Shown piece after piece: positions 17,024 through 26,591 of a stretch of 35,775 bases of DNA. Source of the stretch: Fidelibacterota bacterium (GTDB lineage: Bacteria; Fidelibacterota; Marinisomatia; Marinisomatales; S15-B10). The stretch is from positions 20,460 through 56,234 of the forward strand of contig PBTS01000006.1 in assembly GCA_002729175.1 (NCBI GenBank), given 5' to 3'. Each line of letters starts with the position of its first letter. The first letter of the stretch is position 1. The notes below the pieces were generated by a model. That model was not told where the DNA came from. It searched no databases and saw nothing but the letters and a program-made list of their open reading frames with translations. The translations under genes and the position numbers were made by a program.

Positions 17024-18268
17024 ATGAATAGAATGGTAGAACTACTGTGTGCGATTGTTATCGCCCTCTTACTGATTGGTTGTCCAAAGCAGCAGACCAC
17101 TGGAGGAAAAACGATAACAATTACAGCGACGGGCAATCACTGCGTTGATGACCCGAATTGTCATAATCGATGGCACTGGGCAATTCCACCCGTTTCTCAT
17201 GCAGATCCGGGTGATGTGCTTGTTTATGAAACCAGGGATGCTTTGGACAGCCCGTTCACTGAGGAGTCGACCCCGGCCGATGTAGCGGGAGCAAATCTGA
17301 ACGTGGTACACCCATTAACGGGCCCTGTCTATATCAACGGAGCTGAGCGAGGCGACGTTTTGGCGGTGACGCTTATTGATATTGAGCCTAACCCCTTCGG
17401 TTACACGGTGATTGTTCCTGGCTTTGGTTTCTTGAGAGACCTCTATCCGGAGCCACACATTGTACGTTGGAACCTAGACAGGAGAGCAGCCACCTCGGTA
17501 GACATGCCAGGGATACACGTTCCTTTCGCCGGATTTATGGGCACTGTTGGTGTTGCACCTGGACCAGAAGAAGTGGAGAAAATGTATCAACGAGAGACAG
17601 CCTTAGCTGCTGCCGGGGGATTTGTCCTACCGCCGGAACCAATGGACGCTCAACCAACTGATATCTGTGGCCCGGGTGGTCCACACGCTGACCGGTGTTT
17701 GAGGACCGTACCACCGAGAGAGAACGGTGGAAACATGGATGTAAAACAGATGCAGGTAGGAACGACCCTTTACCTGCCTGTGTTCGTAGAAGGAGCACTT
17801 CTTTCTATGGGAGATATACATTATGCTCAGGGTGATGGCGAGGTGTCGGGGACTGCCATTGAAATGAGCGCTATCGTTAAAGTTGAAGTAGAGGTGCTGA
17901 AAGGGAAAGGAAAGGACATCACCCAACCACATGTTGAAGGTCACGATAATCAATTGAAGAAGATAGCGCCAGGCTCATTCTACGGAACAGTAGGCTACCC
18001 CATTAAGTTGAAAGATAAAGTAACTCCGCAACAGGCCTACCTTGATGGTGAACGTATTGGTGACCTTGAGAATCTGTCAGAAGATTTAACTCTTGCAGCC
18101 CGGGACGCACTGCTGCAGATGATTGAATATCTGGTGCGAGAAAAAGGCCTAACTCGGGAACAGGCATACATCCTTTGTAGTGCCGCTGTCGATCTCAGGA
18201 TCAGCCAGCTGGTTGATGTACCTAACTTTGGTGTCTTGGCTGTTTTGCCTTTGGAAGTGTTTGAATAG
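17024..18268 (+). CDS. Acetamidase/formamidase (FmdA/AmdA family) with lipoprotein signal peptide
   Basis: HNRWH..IPP, HPLTGPVYINGAE.GDVL.V, RTVPPRENGGNMD, GDIHYAQGDGEV.GTAIE, QAYILCS..VD.RISQLVDVPN; N-terminal MNR-hydrophobic-LLIGC lipobox. Confidence 0.9.
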   Translation: MNRMVELLCAIVIALLLIGCPKQQTTGGKTITITATGNHCVDDPNCHNRWHWAIPPVSHADPGDVLVYETRDALDSPFTEESTPADVAGANLNVVHPLTGPVYINGAERGDVLAVTLIDIEPNPFGYTVIVPGFGFLRDLYPEPHIVRWNLDRRAATSVDMPGIHVPFAGFMGTVGVAPGPEEVEKMYQRETALAAAGGFVLPPEPMDAQPTDICGPGGPHADRCLRTVPPRENGGNMDVKQMQVGTTLYLPVFVEGALLSMGDIHYAQGDGEVSGTAIEMSAIVKVEVEVLKGKGKDITQPHVEGHDNQLKKIAPGSFYGTVGYPIKLKDKVTPQQAYLDGERIGDLENLSEDLTLAARDALLQMIEYLVREKGLTREQAYILCSAAVDLRISQLVDVPNFGVLAVLPLEVFE

Positions 18269-18320
18269 ATTCTTTGCAGAGAGGGTGACGAAGGAAAGAC
18301 CTCTCTCGCGAAAGATTCTC

Positions 18321-18941
18321 ATGCGGACCAACAGTTTCTTTTTGATTACCATAATTTCGGTCAGCTCTCTTTTTGCCCACAGCCCGTATGGCCTCTGGTA
18401 CAAATGGAGGAAAGATCGATTATTCCTTGTTACCACAGCCTCTGATCCTCAATCTTATCCAATCGGCGTGGAGATTGCGAACGTTCTTGGGGAAGTACTT
18501 CCAAAAAGTGAGACTATTGCAGTCCGGACCCCAACAACCCTAGACGCTTTGAAGCTACTATTGAGCCATCAATTCGATGTTGCGCTTGTCCCGATGGTTG
18601 ATTTGAAGCTGGCCGTTCGAGGAGAAGGTGAGTTTTTGGAAATTGCTCCGTGGCTGAACGGGATAGTGTTTGGTAAGCAGAAGCCTAAAGGCGAGGTAAA
18701 TCCACTAAGGGTGATTTTAGTTCTAGGTACTTGTGTACTTATTAGTGAAGAGCACTTCTCAGATCACAGAGCACACATTTTGGCGGAGACGCTTACATCG
18801 AAACAAGGGACATTGAATTTAATGTTGAGTGACACACGCATGATCAGACTGCCGATACCGTTGCATGATGGAACAATAGGTTTTAATGATGGGCAATCTC
18901 TCCCCCAGCTCCCACAGGGGGAAAAAAGTTGGCTACGGTAG
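18321..18941 (+). CDS. Exported protein, short TAXI-type TRAP solute-binding-like
   Basis: Signal peptide (..SSLFA/HSPY), T...SYPIG..IA.VL, L.LL...QFDVALV and PIPLHDG recall TAXI (PLHPGA) proteins; only about 206 aa. Start trimmed to ATG 18321. Confidence 0.5.
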   Translation: MRTNSFFLITIISVSSLFAHSPYGLWYKWRKDRLFLVTTASDPQSYPIGVEIANVLGEVLPKSETIAVRTPTTLDALKLLLSHQFDVALVPMVDLKLAVRGEGEFLEIAPWLNGIVFGKQKPKGEVNPLRVILVLGTCVLISEEHFSDHRAHILAETLTSKQGTLNLMLSDTRMIRLPIPLHDGTIGFNDGQSLPQLPQGEKSWLR

Positions 18942-19012
18942 TTTATTATAGAGGAAGAGAGGGAAGTTAAGACCTTACACGTTTGAGCGTAGAGACATCG
19001 AGATAAAACCTA

Positions 19013-20239
19013 TTATCCCTTGGCTCGCTTAGCTTTAGCCAAAGCTGATTTGGCTTTCCCCCGCAGCATTCTATCCTTAATACTATTGATAAGATCCATG
19101 TTGCCCCCTAGTGCGGCCTGAACAGCCTGAGCGATCGCTTCTTCAGGACTATCCGCGCTTTTTGGAGGGGTCTTCAGATCCTGTTTTGGAGAACTGTCGG
19201 AGGGAGTCGCTGGCTCAGGAGGACTTTCAGGAATTTCAGGCACCACACCAGACCGCTTTGCTTTCATCAAAGCCGATTTAACCTTTGATCTTAAAACGCG
19301 ATCTTCAATGTTGGCGATAGGATCTTCATCACCGCCAAGAGCATTGGCGACAAAAGTGTTAATAAGAGTTTCTTCATCCGGCTCTTTGGCAGAAACCGAT
19401 GGAGGTGCGGATGAAATTGGAGGGGCTACACCTCCAGACAAAAATTGATTTACTGCTTCAAGGGCCTCGGGCGTTGTGTCTGGGGGCACACCAGAACGTT
19501 TTGCTTTTATAAGTCCGGACTTAGCTTTGCCTCGAACAGGCTTCTCTGTAATACTGTTTAGAATATCAGCACCATCATCAAAGGCTTTGGCAATAAGAGC
19601 GTTGATGAAATTGTCATCAAAGACAAACTGGGGTGAGGCAGTAGTGGCAACTCCCCCGTCAGCTTCCAATTCAATTTTAGGAAGGACCTCGCCTAAATTT
19701 CTTAAAACTTTCTTCCCACGCCATGAAAACATTGTAGCTGTGAGAAAATTATGAAGACTGTTGCTTGTAGCTGTGTAGTTTACTTCAACACAGTTTTTAT
19801 AAGCTGTGAGATTAAATGTCACAACTTCCCTGTTGAATGGGAAAAAACGCATCTCCAAAACCATTTTACTAGGAGCTTCAAGCGCGATAAAACGGCAGTT
19901 GGAATAGGGTGCTCCCAAGAAGGGTTGAATTTTGAACCAATTGCCAACCTCTATTTTGTATTCCAGCAATGAATGCTTGTGAACCCAGCGGTCGGCATTT
20001 TCATTTGTCACACGTAAGCGGCGCACCCATGGGTACCAAAGTTTGTAGTTTGACAAATTTGTAAGCGCTTTCCATATAACCTCAGGAGGGACAGAAAAAT
20101 CTCTGGTGGCTGTGACAGTGGTTCTCTTGGGAAAATATTCGGTGGAAAAGTCTAGATCAAGGTTTTGATCAGATCCAGTGCTCCATACAAAATAGCAGAT
20201 AATAAACAACAGAGCGATGGTTACTCCACCTAGAACCAT
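19013..20239 (-). CDS. Membrane-anchored SRPBCC/START-like domain protein with three C-terminal ~42-aa repeats
   Basis: N-terminal TM; VPPEVIWKALTNLSNYKLWYP is a typical SRPBCC N-terminus; repeats at about aa 209-250, 290-331, 366-407. Confidence 0.7.
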   Translation of the reverse strand: MVLGGVTIALLFIICYFVWSTGSDQNLDLDFSTEYFPKRTTVTATRDFSVPPEVIWKALTNLSNYKLWYPWVRRLRVTNENADRWVHKHSLLEYKIEVGNWFKIQPFLGAPYSNCRFIALEAPSKMVLEMRFFPFNREVVTFNLTAYKNCVEVNYTATSNSLHNFLTATMFSWRGKKVLRNLGEVLPKIELEADGGVATTASPQFVFDDNFINALIAKAFDDGADILNSITEKPVRGKAKSGLIKAKRSGVPPDTTPEALEAVNQFLSGGVAPPISSAPPSVSAKEPDEETLINTFVANALGGDEDPIANIEDRVLRSKVKSALMKAKRSGVVPEIPESPPEPATPSDSSPKQDLKTPPKSADSPEEAIAQAVQAALGGNMDLINSIKDRMLRGKAKSALAKAKRAKG

Positions 20240-20401
20240 TGTATTCTCCGGTGCTGATTTTTTACCATATTATCCTCAACAAGGAGAGTAAATCTAACAT
20301 TCCTCACATCCTTTCTGGAACCAAATTGTGCTTAAGAATCTCTTGGTTCTTTTGGGGGTGACGAGTAGAATCATTTCCAAATCGTCGGGGAGAAATTTAA
20401 T

Positions 20402-22282
20402 ATGGACACAAAACTTCTTTGGCTTACAGTGTTTGTAGGTGTTTACTGGGCTTACTGTCTTTTCTGGGGTTTTAAGGGAGCTCGAAGTGCCCGGACTTCA
20501 GCAGACTATTTTTTGGCCGGCCGGACAATTAGCTTGTGGGTATTTGTACTAGCTGCCACCGCTACCAGTTTTAGTGGTTGGACATTTGTAGGCCATCCTG
20601 GAAAAATATTTACGGACGGGTTTCCATATGCCTTTGCTTCCTTTTATGCTTTAACTATTCCGTTTACAGGAGTTCTTTTTCTTCGTCGACAATGGGTTCT
20701 TGGCCGGGCATTCAAATACATTACACCTGGCGAAATGTATAGTGACTATTATGGAGGGAATGCCATTCGTCTTCTGACAGTTTTGGTGGCTTTTCTGTTC
20801 AGTGTACCGTACCTCGGTGTTCAATTGAGAGCTTCGGGGGATTTGTTCAACGTGCTTACTGATGGGCTGGTGAGCGTGAACTTTGGTATGGTTGCCTTGT
20901 CGGTGATTGTAGTTATTTATGTGGCGTCTGGTGGACTAAGGTCAGTAGCGTACGTTGATTGCGTTCAATGTGTTCTTCTGGCGCTAGGGATTTGTATTCT
21001 GGGAGGTGTTACCATCCATTTTTCTGGAGGTTGGACTGGTTTTGTTGAAGGGATGTCAGAGTATGTGCGTGGGGATTTTACTTCAAACAAAAGTCTGACA
21101 CCAGCAGGACACTCGCCAGTTGTGGCTATCCCCGGAAGCATTCAGATGGTGTCGACAGGAAGCAAAGCGACGGGTGGCACTTGGACAGGTATTATGTGTA
21201 TGACATATATGTTTGCACTTATGGGAATTCAATCTTCACCGGCGTTTTCTATGTGGGCGTTTTCAAACAAGACAAGCAAGCCGTTCCGATGGCAACAAGT
21301 GGTGGCATCATCAGTTGTGATAGGAATTATTTTGTTCACATTTACAATCATTCAGGGGATGGGCGGTCATGTCCTTATTGCCAATGGAACACTTGAGAGC
21401 GCGAACGATAAGAATCTTGTGCCCCAGCTCATCAATCTTTTGTCACAATCATCACCATGGTTGATGGGGCTTTTGGCGGTTTGTGCATTGGCAGCCATGC
21501 AAAGCACTGGTGCAGCCTATATGTCAACGTTTAGTGCAATGGTGACAAGGGATATTTATAAAAGATATATTGCACCGGAAGCTTCCGACAGTGCTCAAAA
21601 ACTTGGGGGTCGGCTAATGGTTGTAGTTGTTGCTGGCGCTGCGCTTGTAGTGGCAGCAAAGTCAACTTCAGCCATAGTGATGTTGGGTGGTCTTGCCGTA
21701 GCGTATGGTTTTCAAATGTATCCAGCCCTTATGGGAGTCTGTTATTTTCCATGGCTTACTAAGAAAGGGGTGGTGTTAGGATTGTCGGCGGGTCTCATTG
21801 CTGTCACATTAACTGATAGAACAGCCGTCTGGTTTGGGGTCCCCTGGGGTGCTTATCCTCTCACAATTCACAGTGCGGGCTGGGGAATTTTCTTTAACCT
21901 ATTGGTGGCGCTTGTTGTCTCGAAAAGGACAAACGAAACTTCTAAAGAAAAAGAGTGGAAAGAAAAAAGGCACAGATTTCTTCAGGCTGTTTCCGGACTA
22001 TCGCCGGATGGAAAGAAAAAAGTTTCACTGGCTTGGGGATTAACGCTTGTGTGGTTTTTAGTCGGTTTTGGGCCCTTTGCTACCATCGGTAATACACTTT
22101 TTTCAGATCCAAACAATCCCGCCTCATGGGCCCCGTTTGGTCTGCCGTCACTTTGGGTATGGCAACTTTTGTTTTTGCTATATGGAATTTTCGTTATGTG
22201 GTTTTTGGCTTTTCAGATGGGGCTGTCTGAACCAGTGGACCCAGAAAAAGTTGAAAAGTACCATAAGGAACACTTCAACTAA
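20402..22282 (+). CDS. Sodium:solute symporter (SSS family)
   Basis: DYFLAGR, ATSFSGWTFVGHPG, GGLRSVAYVD.VQ, LAAMQST; many TM helices. Confidence 0.92.
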   Translation: MDTKLLWLTVFVGVYWAYCLFWGFKGARSARTSADYFLAGRTISLWVFVLAATATSFSGWTFVGHPGKIFTDGFPYAFASFYALTIPFTGVLFLRRQWVLGRAFKYITPGEMYSDYYGGNAIRLLTVLVAFLFSVPYLGVQLRASGDLFNVLTDGLVSVNFGMVALSVIVVIYVASGGLRSVAYVDCVQCVLLALGICILGGVTIHFSGGWTGFVEGMSEYVRGDFTSNKSLTPAGHSPVVAIPGSIQMVSTGSKATGGTWTGIMCMTYMFALMGIQSSPAFSMWAFSNKTSKPFRWQQVVASSVVIGIILFTFTIIQGMGGHVLIANGTLESANDKNLVPQLINLLSQSSPWLMGLLAVCALAAMQSTGAAYMSTFSAMVTRDIYKRYIAPEASDSAQKLGGRLMVVVVAGAALVVAAKSTSAIVMLGGLAVAYGFQMYPALMGVCYFPWLTKKGVVLGLSAGLIAVTLTDRTAVWFGVPWGAYPLTIHSAGWGIFFNLLVALVVSKRTNETSKEKEWKEKRHRFLQAVSGLSPDGKKKVSLAWGLTLVWFLVGFGPFATIGNTLFSDPNNPASWAPFGLPSLWVWQLLFLLYGIFVMWFLAFQMGLSEPVDPEKVEKYHKEHFN

Positions 22283-22295
22283 TGATGAATAAAGT

Positions 22296-23291
22296 TTAGA
22301 CGTAGGCTAGCGTATCAATTTTTTCAGCAGCTTTTTCCAAAACGTTTAATTCCTGCCGCATTTCGTCAAGTTCTAGAGCTGTAACCAGTGCCCGCCTGTG
22401 TTTGGCCGCATCGGGAAAGCCTCTTATGTACCACCCGAAGTGTTTCTTCATAAGATTCAGCCCCCACCGCTCACCACGGTCTTCCAAGAGTAGATCCAGA
22501 TGACGCCGGCAGATTTCTACGCGCTCAGTGACAGAGCGCGTTTCAGGCGGAGATTTGCCATGTAATAGAGCAAGGGAATCTTTGAAAAACCATGGGTTAC
22601 CGAGAGCTCCTCGTCCAACCATAACGGCATCACACCCAGTTTCTTCAAACATTTCAGCCACTCGGTGAGGTGCTGAAACGTCGCCATTTCCGATGACAGG
22701 AATAGACACTGTTTGTTTTAACTCTTTTATTAGGGACCAGTCAGCCTTGTCATTGTAAGATTGCACAGCAGTACGAGGGTGAAGGGTAATAGCTTTTACA
22801 CCGATCTTTTCCAATCGTTCTCCGGCTTCAGGCACCACAATGGATGTGCTGTTCCAGCCAGCACGCATTTTGACAGTTACAGGGAGATTAGGGACCGACT
22901 GAACCACAGCAGCTGTAATCTCATCCATTAGGTGCAAATCTTTCAAAGCTGCGGATCCAGCACCGCGTTTTGTTACTTTTGGGACAGGGCACCCATAGTT
23001 GATATCGAGAATATCGGGTTGAAACTTATCTGCCACAAAACGGGCGGCTTTAGCCATTACTTCAGGAGAATTGCCAAAAATCTGGATACCAATAGGTCGC
23101 TCTTCTTCTTGAAAGCGGATCAGATGGAGCGTTTTCTGGTTTTGGCGAATAATGCCATCGGCCGAAACAAATTCAGAATAAACAACCCCAGCCCCCATCT
23201 CTTTGCAAAGAATTCGACAGGCATAATCCGTTACTCCTGCCATGGGAGCCAAGAAAACAGGAGACTCAGTATGAATAGAACCAATTTTCAT
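22296..23291 (-). CDS. dusB: tRNA dihydrouridine synthase DusB
   Basis: LAPMAGVTD, DINYGCPVPKV, VTVKMRAGW, IPVIGNGDV, DAVMVGRGALGNPW, KHFGWY. Confidence 0.93.
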   Translation of the reverse strand: MKIGSIHTESPVFLAPMAGVTDYACRILCKEMGAGVVYSEFVSADGIIRQNQKTLHLIRFQEEERPIGIQIFGNSPEVMAKAARFVADKFQPDILDINYGCPVPKVTKRGAGSAALKDLHLMDEITAAVVQSVPNLPVTVKMRAGWNSTSIVVPEAGERLEKIGVKAITLHPRTAVQSYNDKADWSLIKELKQTVSIPVIGNGDVSAPHRVAEMFEETGCDAVMVGRGALGNPWFFKDSLALLHGKSPPETRSVTERVEICRRHLDLLLEDRGERWGLNLMKKHFGWYIRGFPDAAKHRRALVTALELDEMRQELNVLEKAAEKIDTLAYV

Positions 23292-23419
23292 TAACTGATA
23301 GAATTTAGCTTTTACTCACAGTTCAGCTCGACCTAAACTTTAGGAATAATTATAGGCTGGTCTTCAATGAAAAACACATTTGTAAAAACATATATTTCTA
23401 GTCGGAGATTTTTTCTTCT

Positions 23420-24085
23420 ATGAAAAATCAGAGAAGTCTGTTCGTTAGCCTGTTATTTATGCTAACGATAAGCAACGGGCAAAACTTGCAAATCCACTAC
23501 GACTATGCTGAAGAGAGGCGATATTTTACCTCTACACTGGAAATGTACAGGCCGGATGATTTAGGGGCCACATTCTGGTTTGTTGATTTTGATTACAACC
23601 AACCAGGAAACAAAAGCGCTTCAATAGGATATTGGGAGTTTGCCCGCTATATGAACTTGTCATTCACAGAAGGATTATCTGGTACTATTCAGTTTAATGA
23701 CGGGGTGTCGCGATGGGGGCCGCTGGGCCACGTCTGGCTTGCTGGCATTACATACCCCGTTGATTTGAAGATCACCTCTGTTTCAACGGAACTTCTCTAT
23801 CGTGCTGCCTACGGTTCTAAATCCCCTGACGGACAGTTGACGCTTGTATTCTATGTTCCATTGCTGGATGGGAAGGCCCACCTGACGGGTTATGCAGACA
23901 TTTGGAGTCAGGACAAACTTGAAGGGGAAGGCAAAGAAACTGCTGTTATGAGCCAGCCACAGCTATGGTATTCTCTTTCTCCGAAACTTTACGTTGGTGG
24001 CGAAGCACGAATTACAAAAAACTTTTTACCAAAAGATGGTTGGCAGTTATATATGACTGTCGGACTAAAATGGGAGATGGAGTAA
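23420..24085 (+). CDS. Outer-membrane beta-barrel, DUF5020/Tsx-like
   Basis: Signal peptide, then QNLQIHYD..TSTLEMYRPD..G.TFWFVDFDY..YWEFAR; QPQLWY; aromatic-rich alternating strands; C-terminal GLKW. Family recognised from memory. Confidence 0.7.
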   Translation: MKNQRSLFVSLLFMLTISNGQNLQIHYDYAEERRYFTSTLEMYRPDDLGATFWFVDFDYNQPGNKSASIGYWEFARYMNLSFTEGLSGTIQFNDGVSRWGPLGHVWLAGITYPVDLKITSVSTELLYRAAYGSKSPDGQLTLVFYVPLLDGKAHLTGYADIWSQDKLEGEGKETAVMSQPQLWYSLSPKLYVGGEARITKNFLPKDGWQLYMTVGLKWEME

Positions 24086-24187
24086 AGTGTGCTTAAAACC
24101 GGTCAATTACGGACAGCAGAGATCACCAAACCAAGCGCCTTATGAATGAGAACGTTGTTGTAATGAAAGGCAAAGATTTGTTAACAC

Positions 24188-26374
24188 CTAGCGCATTAGA
24201 GCCTGGATCGTAGCATTTGATCCTGACAGGCGCTCACTTAACAGTTCCACAATAAAAGTGTGAAGTTCTACAGTTTTATCAGGTGCTTCAAGATTCATTT
24301 TCTTAAAACTTTCTTTGGACAGAAAGAACACCTGGCAGTCTGTGTCAGTGATAACGGAAGCAGACGCAGAAGATCCTAAATATAGACTCACTTCCCCAAC
24401 CACCGTTCCTGGCCCCAGAGTTTTTAGACGAATCTTTTTACCTGTATCTGTTTCCAGCTCTACGGTAATTTTTCCTGATTCTATAAATGTAATTCCACCA
24501 GGGTCTTCACCTTGTTTAATCATTATTGTTCCAGAAGGACAGTTTTTGATTTCAAAAAAATCTGCAATCTGGGAGAATCGATGCTGGAAGGATCCTTTCT
24601 TATTCTTTCTCTCCAACCCGTCATCCTTAGGCAAAACCCGATGTAGAATGTGTTGCTCACACCACTCCAGACCGTGATCCAAGTCCTGGAAAATCCGGAC
24701 AATGAGGCTTTTTTCAGCAACAATACCTTCAACATATAATTGAGCCTCCATTTCGTCATTCAGACCACAAAAAAGAATGTGAAATCTGCAATTCTCAGCC
24801 AAGATTTTGAGTTTGTTAAAGCTATTTATTGCTGAAGAGTCAAGACCTGTTACATTACGAAAATCAAAAACCAGATATTTCAACTCACCGAGGTTTTGAT
24901 CTTCCTGTCTTGATTGTACTTGCATTAGCAATCGGTTGGCGGTGCCAAAAAAAATAAAACCTTGTAAAGGCAGGATATAAATTTCATTACCGTGGTCATG
25001 AAGGATCTCTTTTAAGTGACTGGACCGTTCAACGTTGCTGCTGAAGGTTTTCCCCGATAATTCGTACTTAATTACCTCAACCTTGGAGTAATTAATAACA
25101 AAAAGGATTATAGACATCAAAAGGCCAAGAACAATTCCTTCTAGAAATCCAACAGATCCTATAACGATTAGAATTAACACAATCACCGCATAGTCGGTTT
25201 TGTGCAGCCTTTTCCAAGTGTCAAAGAGCCATTCCACCATAAATTCAAGCCCTAGATTCAATAACAGTCCACCAAGAATTACTTTGGGAAAAATGGACAA
25301 CACGTCGGCCCCGAATACCAGTGTAACCATACTAATTACGGCCACAACGATACTTGGCAACCGGCTGCGGGCTCCGAGATTATAAGACATGGATGTTTCG
25401 CTGAGGGTCATGTAACCTGCAGGAGTGCCAACGATCCCAGCTAGAATGTTGCTGTAGCCAGTTAGGCGAAGTTCCTTATCCAAGTCAAAATCCCGCTTAA
25501 CAATTAATTCCAGTCCACTATAATTAAATAAGACCGAAACAGCGTTCAAAACCATCATCGTTGCAATAGCTGGCAGATGTATAAAAAAAAGATCCCAGCG
25601 AAAAAGGGGGACATACTTAAATGGCAAACCGGGGAAAAAACCACCCCCAGGGAATGGACCTAATAGATATCCGTTTTGTTCCATGTCAGTAAAGGAAAAT
25701 CCTAAGCCAAACATAATGATGTAGAACAGCAGGATGCTGCCGAAGAGGATTCCCGGCGTCAACAGGTAATGACTGAAATAGCGGGTCACTACTAACAGGG
25801 TTACAGCAAAAATAAGCCCAGGGAACCACTCGAAAATGAAGGTGCTTTCAAAAAGTATTCCCACATCTGCCAAGCCAGGGTTCAGATCAGTCATCATCAT
25901 GAAAGAAAATTTTACAATTAGCCAACCGGTTCCAGCCAAGAATCCTCCAACAACGGGAAAGGGAATATAGCGCACCAGTTTTCCGAGCTTAAAACGACCT
26001 AAAAAATAAAAAAACAGTCCCACAAGGATGGAACTAAGGCCGATAGCAACAAAAACGAACTGGTACGCATGTTCAGCATCTAATTCACTTCCTACTCCCG
26101 CGGCCACGGTTGCCGCCATGAGAGCAAGAATGGCAATAGGAATGTCCTGTGGAGCGATGAGGGTTAGGGGATAGGTAGCAGTAAGGGCGGAAAAAACAGC
26201 AAAAATGATAGTTCCAAGTAAAAGGATTCCAATGCCTTGGGATAGAAAACTCGCCAATGGACCAGTAAACAGGAGGGCAGCCAGCGCCATGGCCGAAACA
26301 ATGCACACAATGGCATTAATAGTGCCGGCAATAATCCCTGGGACAAAATCAGACATTATGGTGTCTTTATTCAT
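24188..26374 (-). CDS. SulP-family anion transporter with STAS and cNMP-binding domains
   Basis: LVRYIPFPVVGGFLAGTG, DLDKEL..G.SN, LQGFIFFGTA...DF.NVTGLDSSA (STAS), QGEDP...GKITV...GTVVGEVSLY (cNMP). Confidence 0.92.
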   Translation of the reverse strand: MNKDTIMSDFVPGIIAGTINAIVCIVSAMALAALLFTGPLASFLSQGIGILLLGTIIFAVFSALTATYPLTLIAPQDIPIAILALMAATVAAGVGSELDAEHAYQFVFVAIGLSSILVGLFFYFLGRFKLGKLVRYIPFPVVGGFLAGTGWLIVKFSFMMMTDLNPGLADVGILFESTFIFEWFPGLIFAVTLLVVTRYFSHYLLTPGILFGSILLFYIIMFGLGFSFTDMEQNGYLLGPFPGGGFFPGLPFKYVPLFRWDLFFIHLPAIATMMVLNAVSVLFNYSGLELIVKRDFDLDKELRLTGYSNILAGIVGTPAGYMTLSETSMSYNLGARSRLPSIVVAVISMVTLVFGADVLSIFPKVILGGLLLNLGLEFMVEWLFDTWKRLHKTDYAVIVLILIVIGSVGFLEGIVLGLLMSIILFVINYSKVEVIKYELSGKTFSSNVERSSHLKEILHDHGNEIYILPLQGFIFFGTANRLLMQVQSRQEDQNLGELKYLVFDFRNVTGLDSSAINSFNKLKILAENCRFHILFCGLNDEMEAQLYVEGIVAEKSLIVRIFQDLDHGLEWCEQHILHRVLPKDDGLERKNKKGSFQHRFSQIADFFEIKNCPSGTIMIKQGEDPGGITFIESGKITVELETDTGKKIRLKTLGPGTVVGEVSLYLGSSASASVITDTDCQVFFLSKESFKKMNLEAPDKTVELHTFIVELLSERLSGSNATIQALMR

Positions 26375-26531
26375 TGCTGTTTTGAGTCAAGATCAGAAAA
26401 CAGCAATTTAATCACAGGTAGATGCGGGTTTCCTATTCTTTGTTTCCCAGCATTTGTAAACGGAAATATTCACCTAACTGGAACCAGAAAAAAGAGAAGT
26501 GCCATCGCACCTTTAGATCGCCCGAAATAAG

Positions 26532-26557
26532 AAAGGGCGACTGGTTTGCCGCCCTTT
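26532..26557 (-). terminator. Probable intrinsic terminator after the 26592-27149 gene
   Basis: Minus strand AAAGGGCGGC-AAACCA-GTCGCCCTTT followed by CTTATTT. Confidence 0.55.
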
Positions 26558-26591
26558 AAGGATTTCAAAACAACTATTTTAAGACAAAAAA

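Noticed and set aside
18180-18320. N-terminal 47 aa of the 253-aa ORF
   Set aside because: Overlaps the formamidase end; a signal peptide starts at ATG 18321.
26520-26560. c-di-GMP-I riboswitch (GGCAAACC on the minus strand)
   Set aside because: No GNRA-capped stem or GCAAAG/CTAA elements in the right order; a terminator explains it better.
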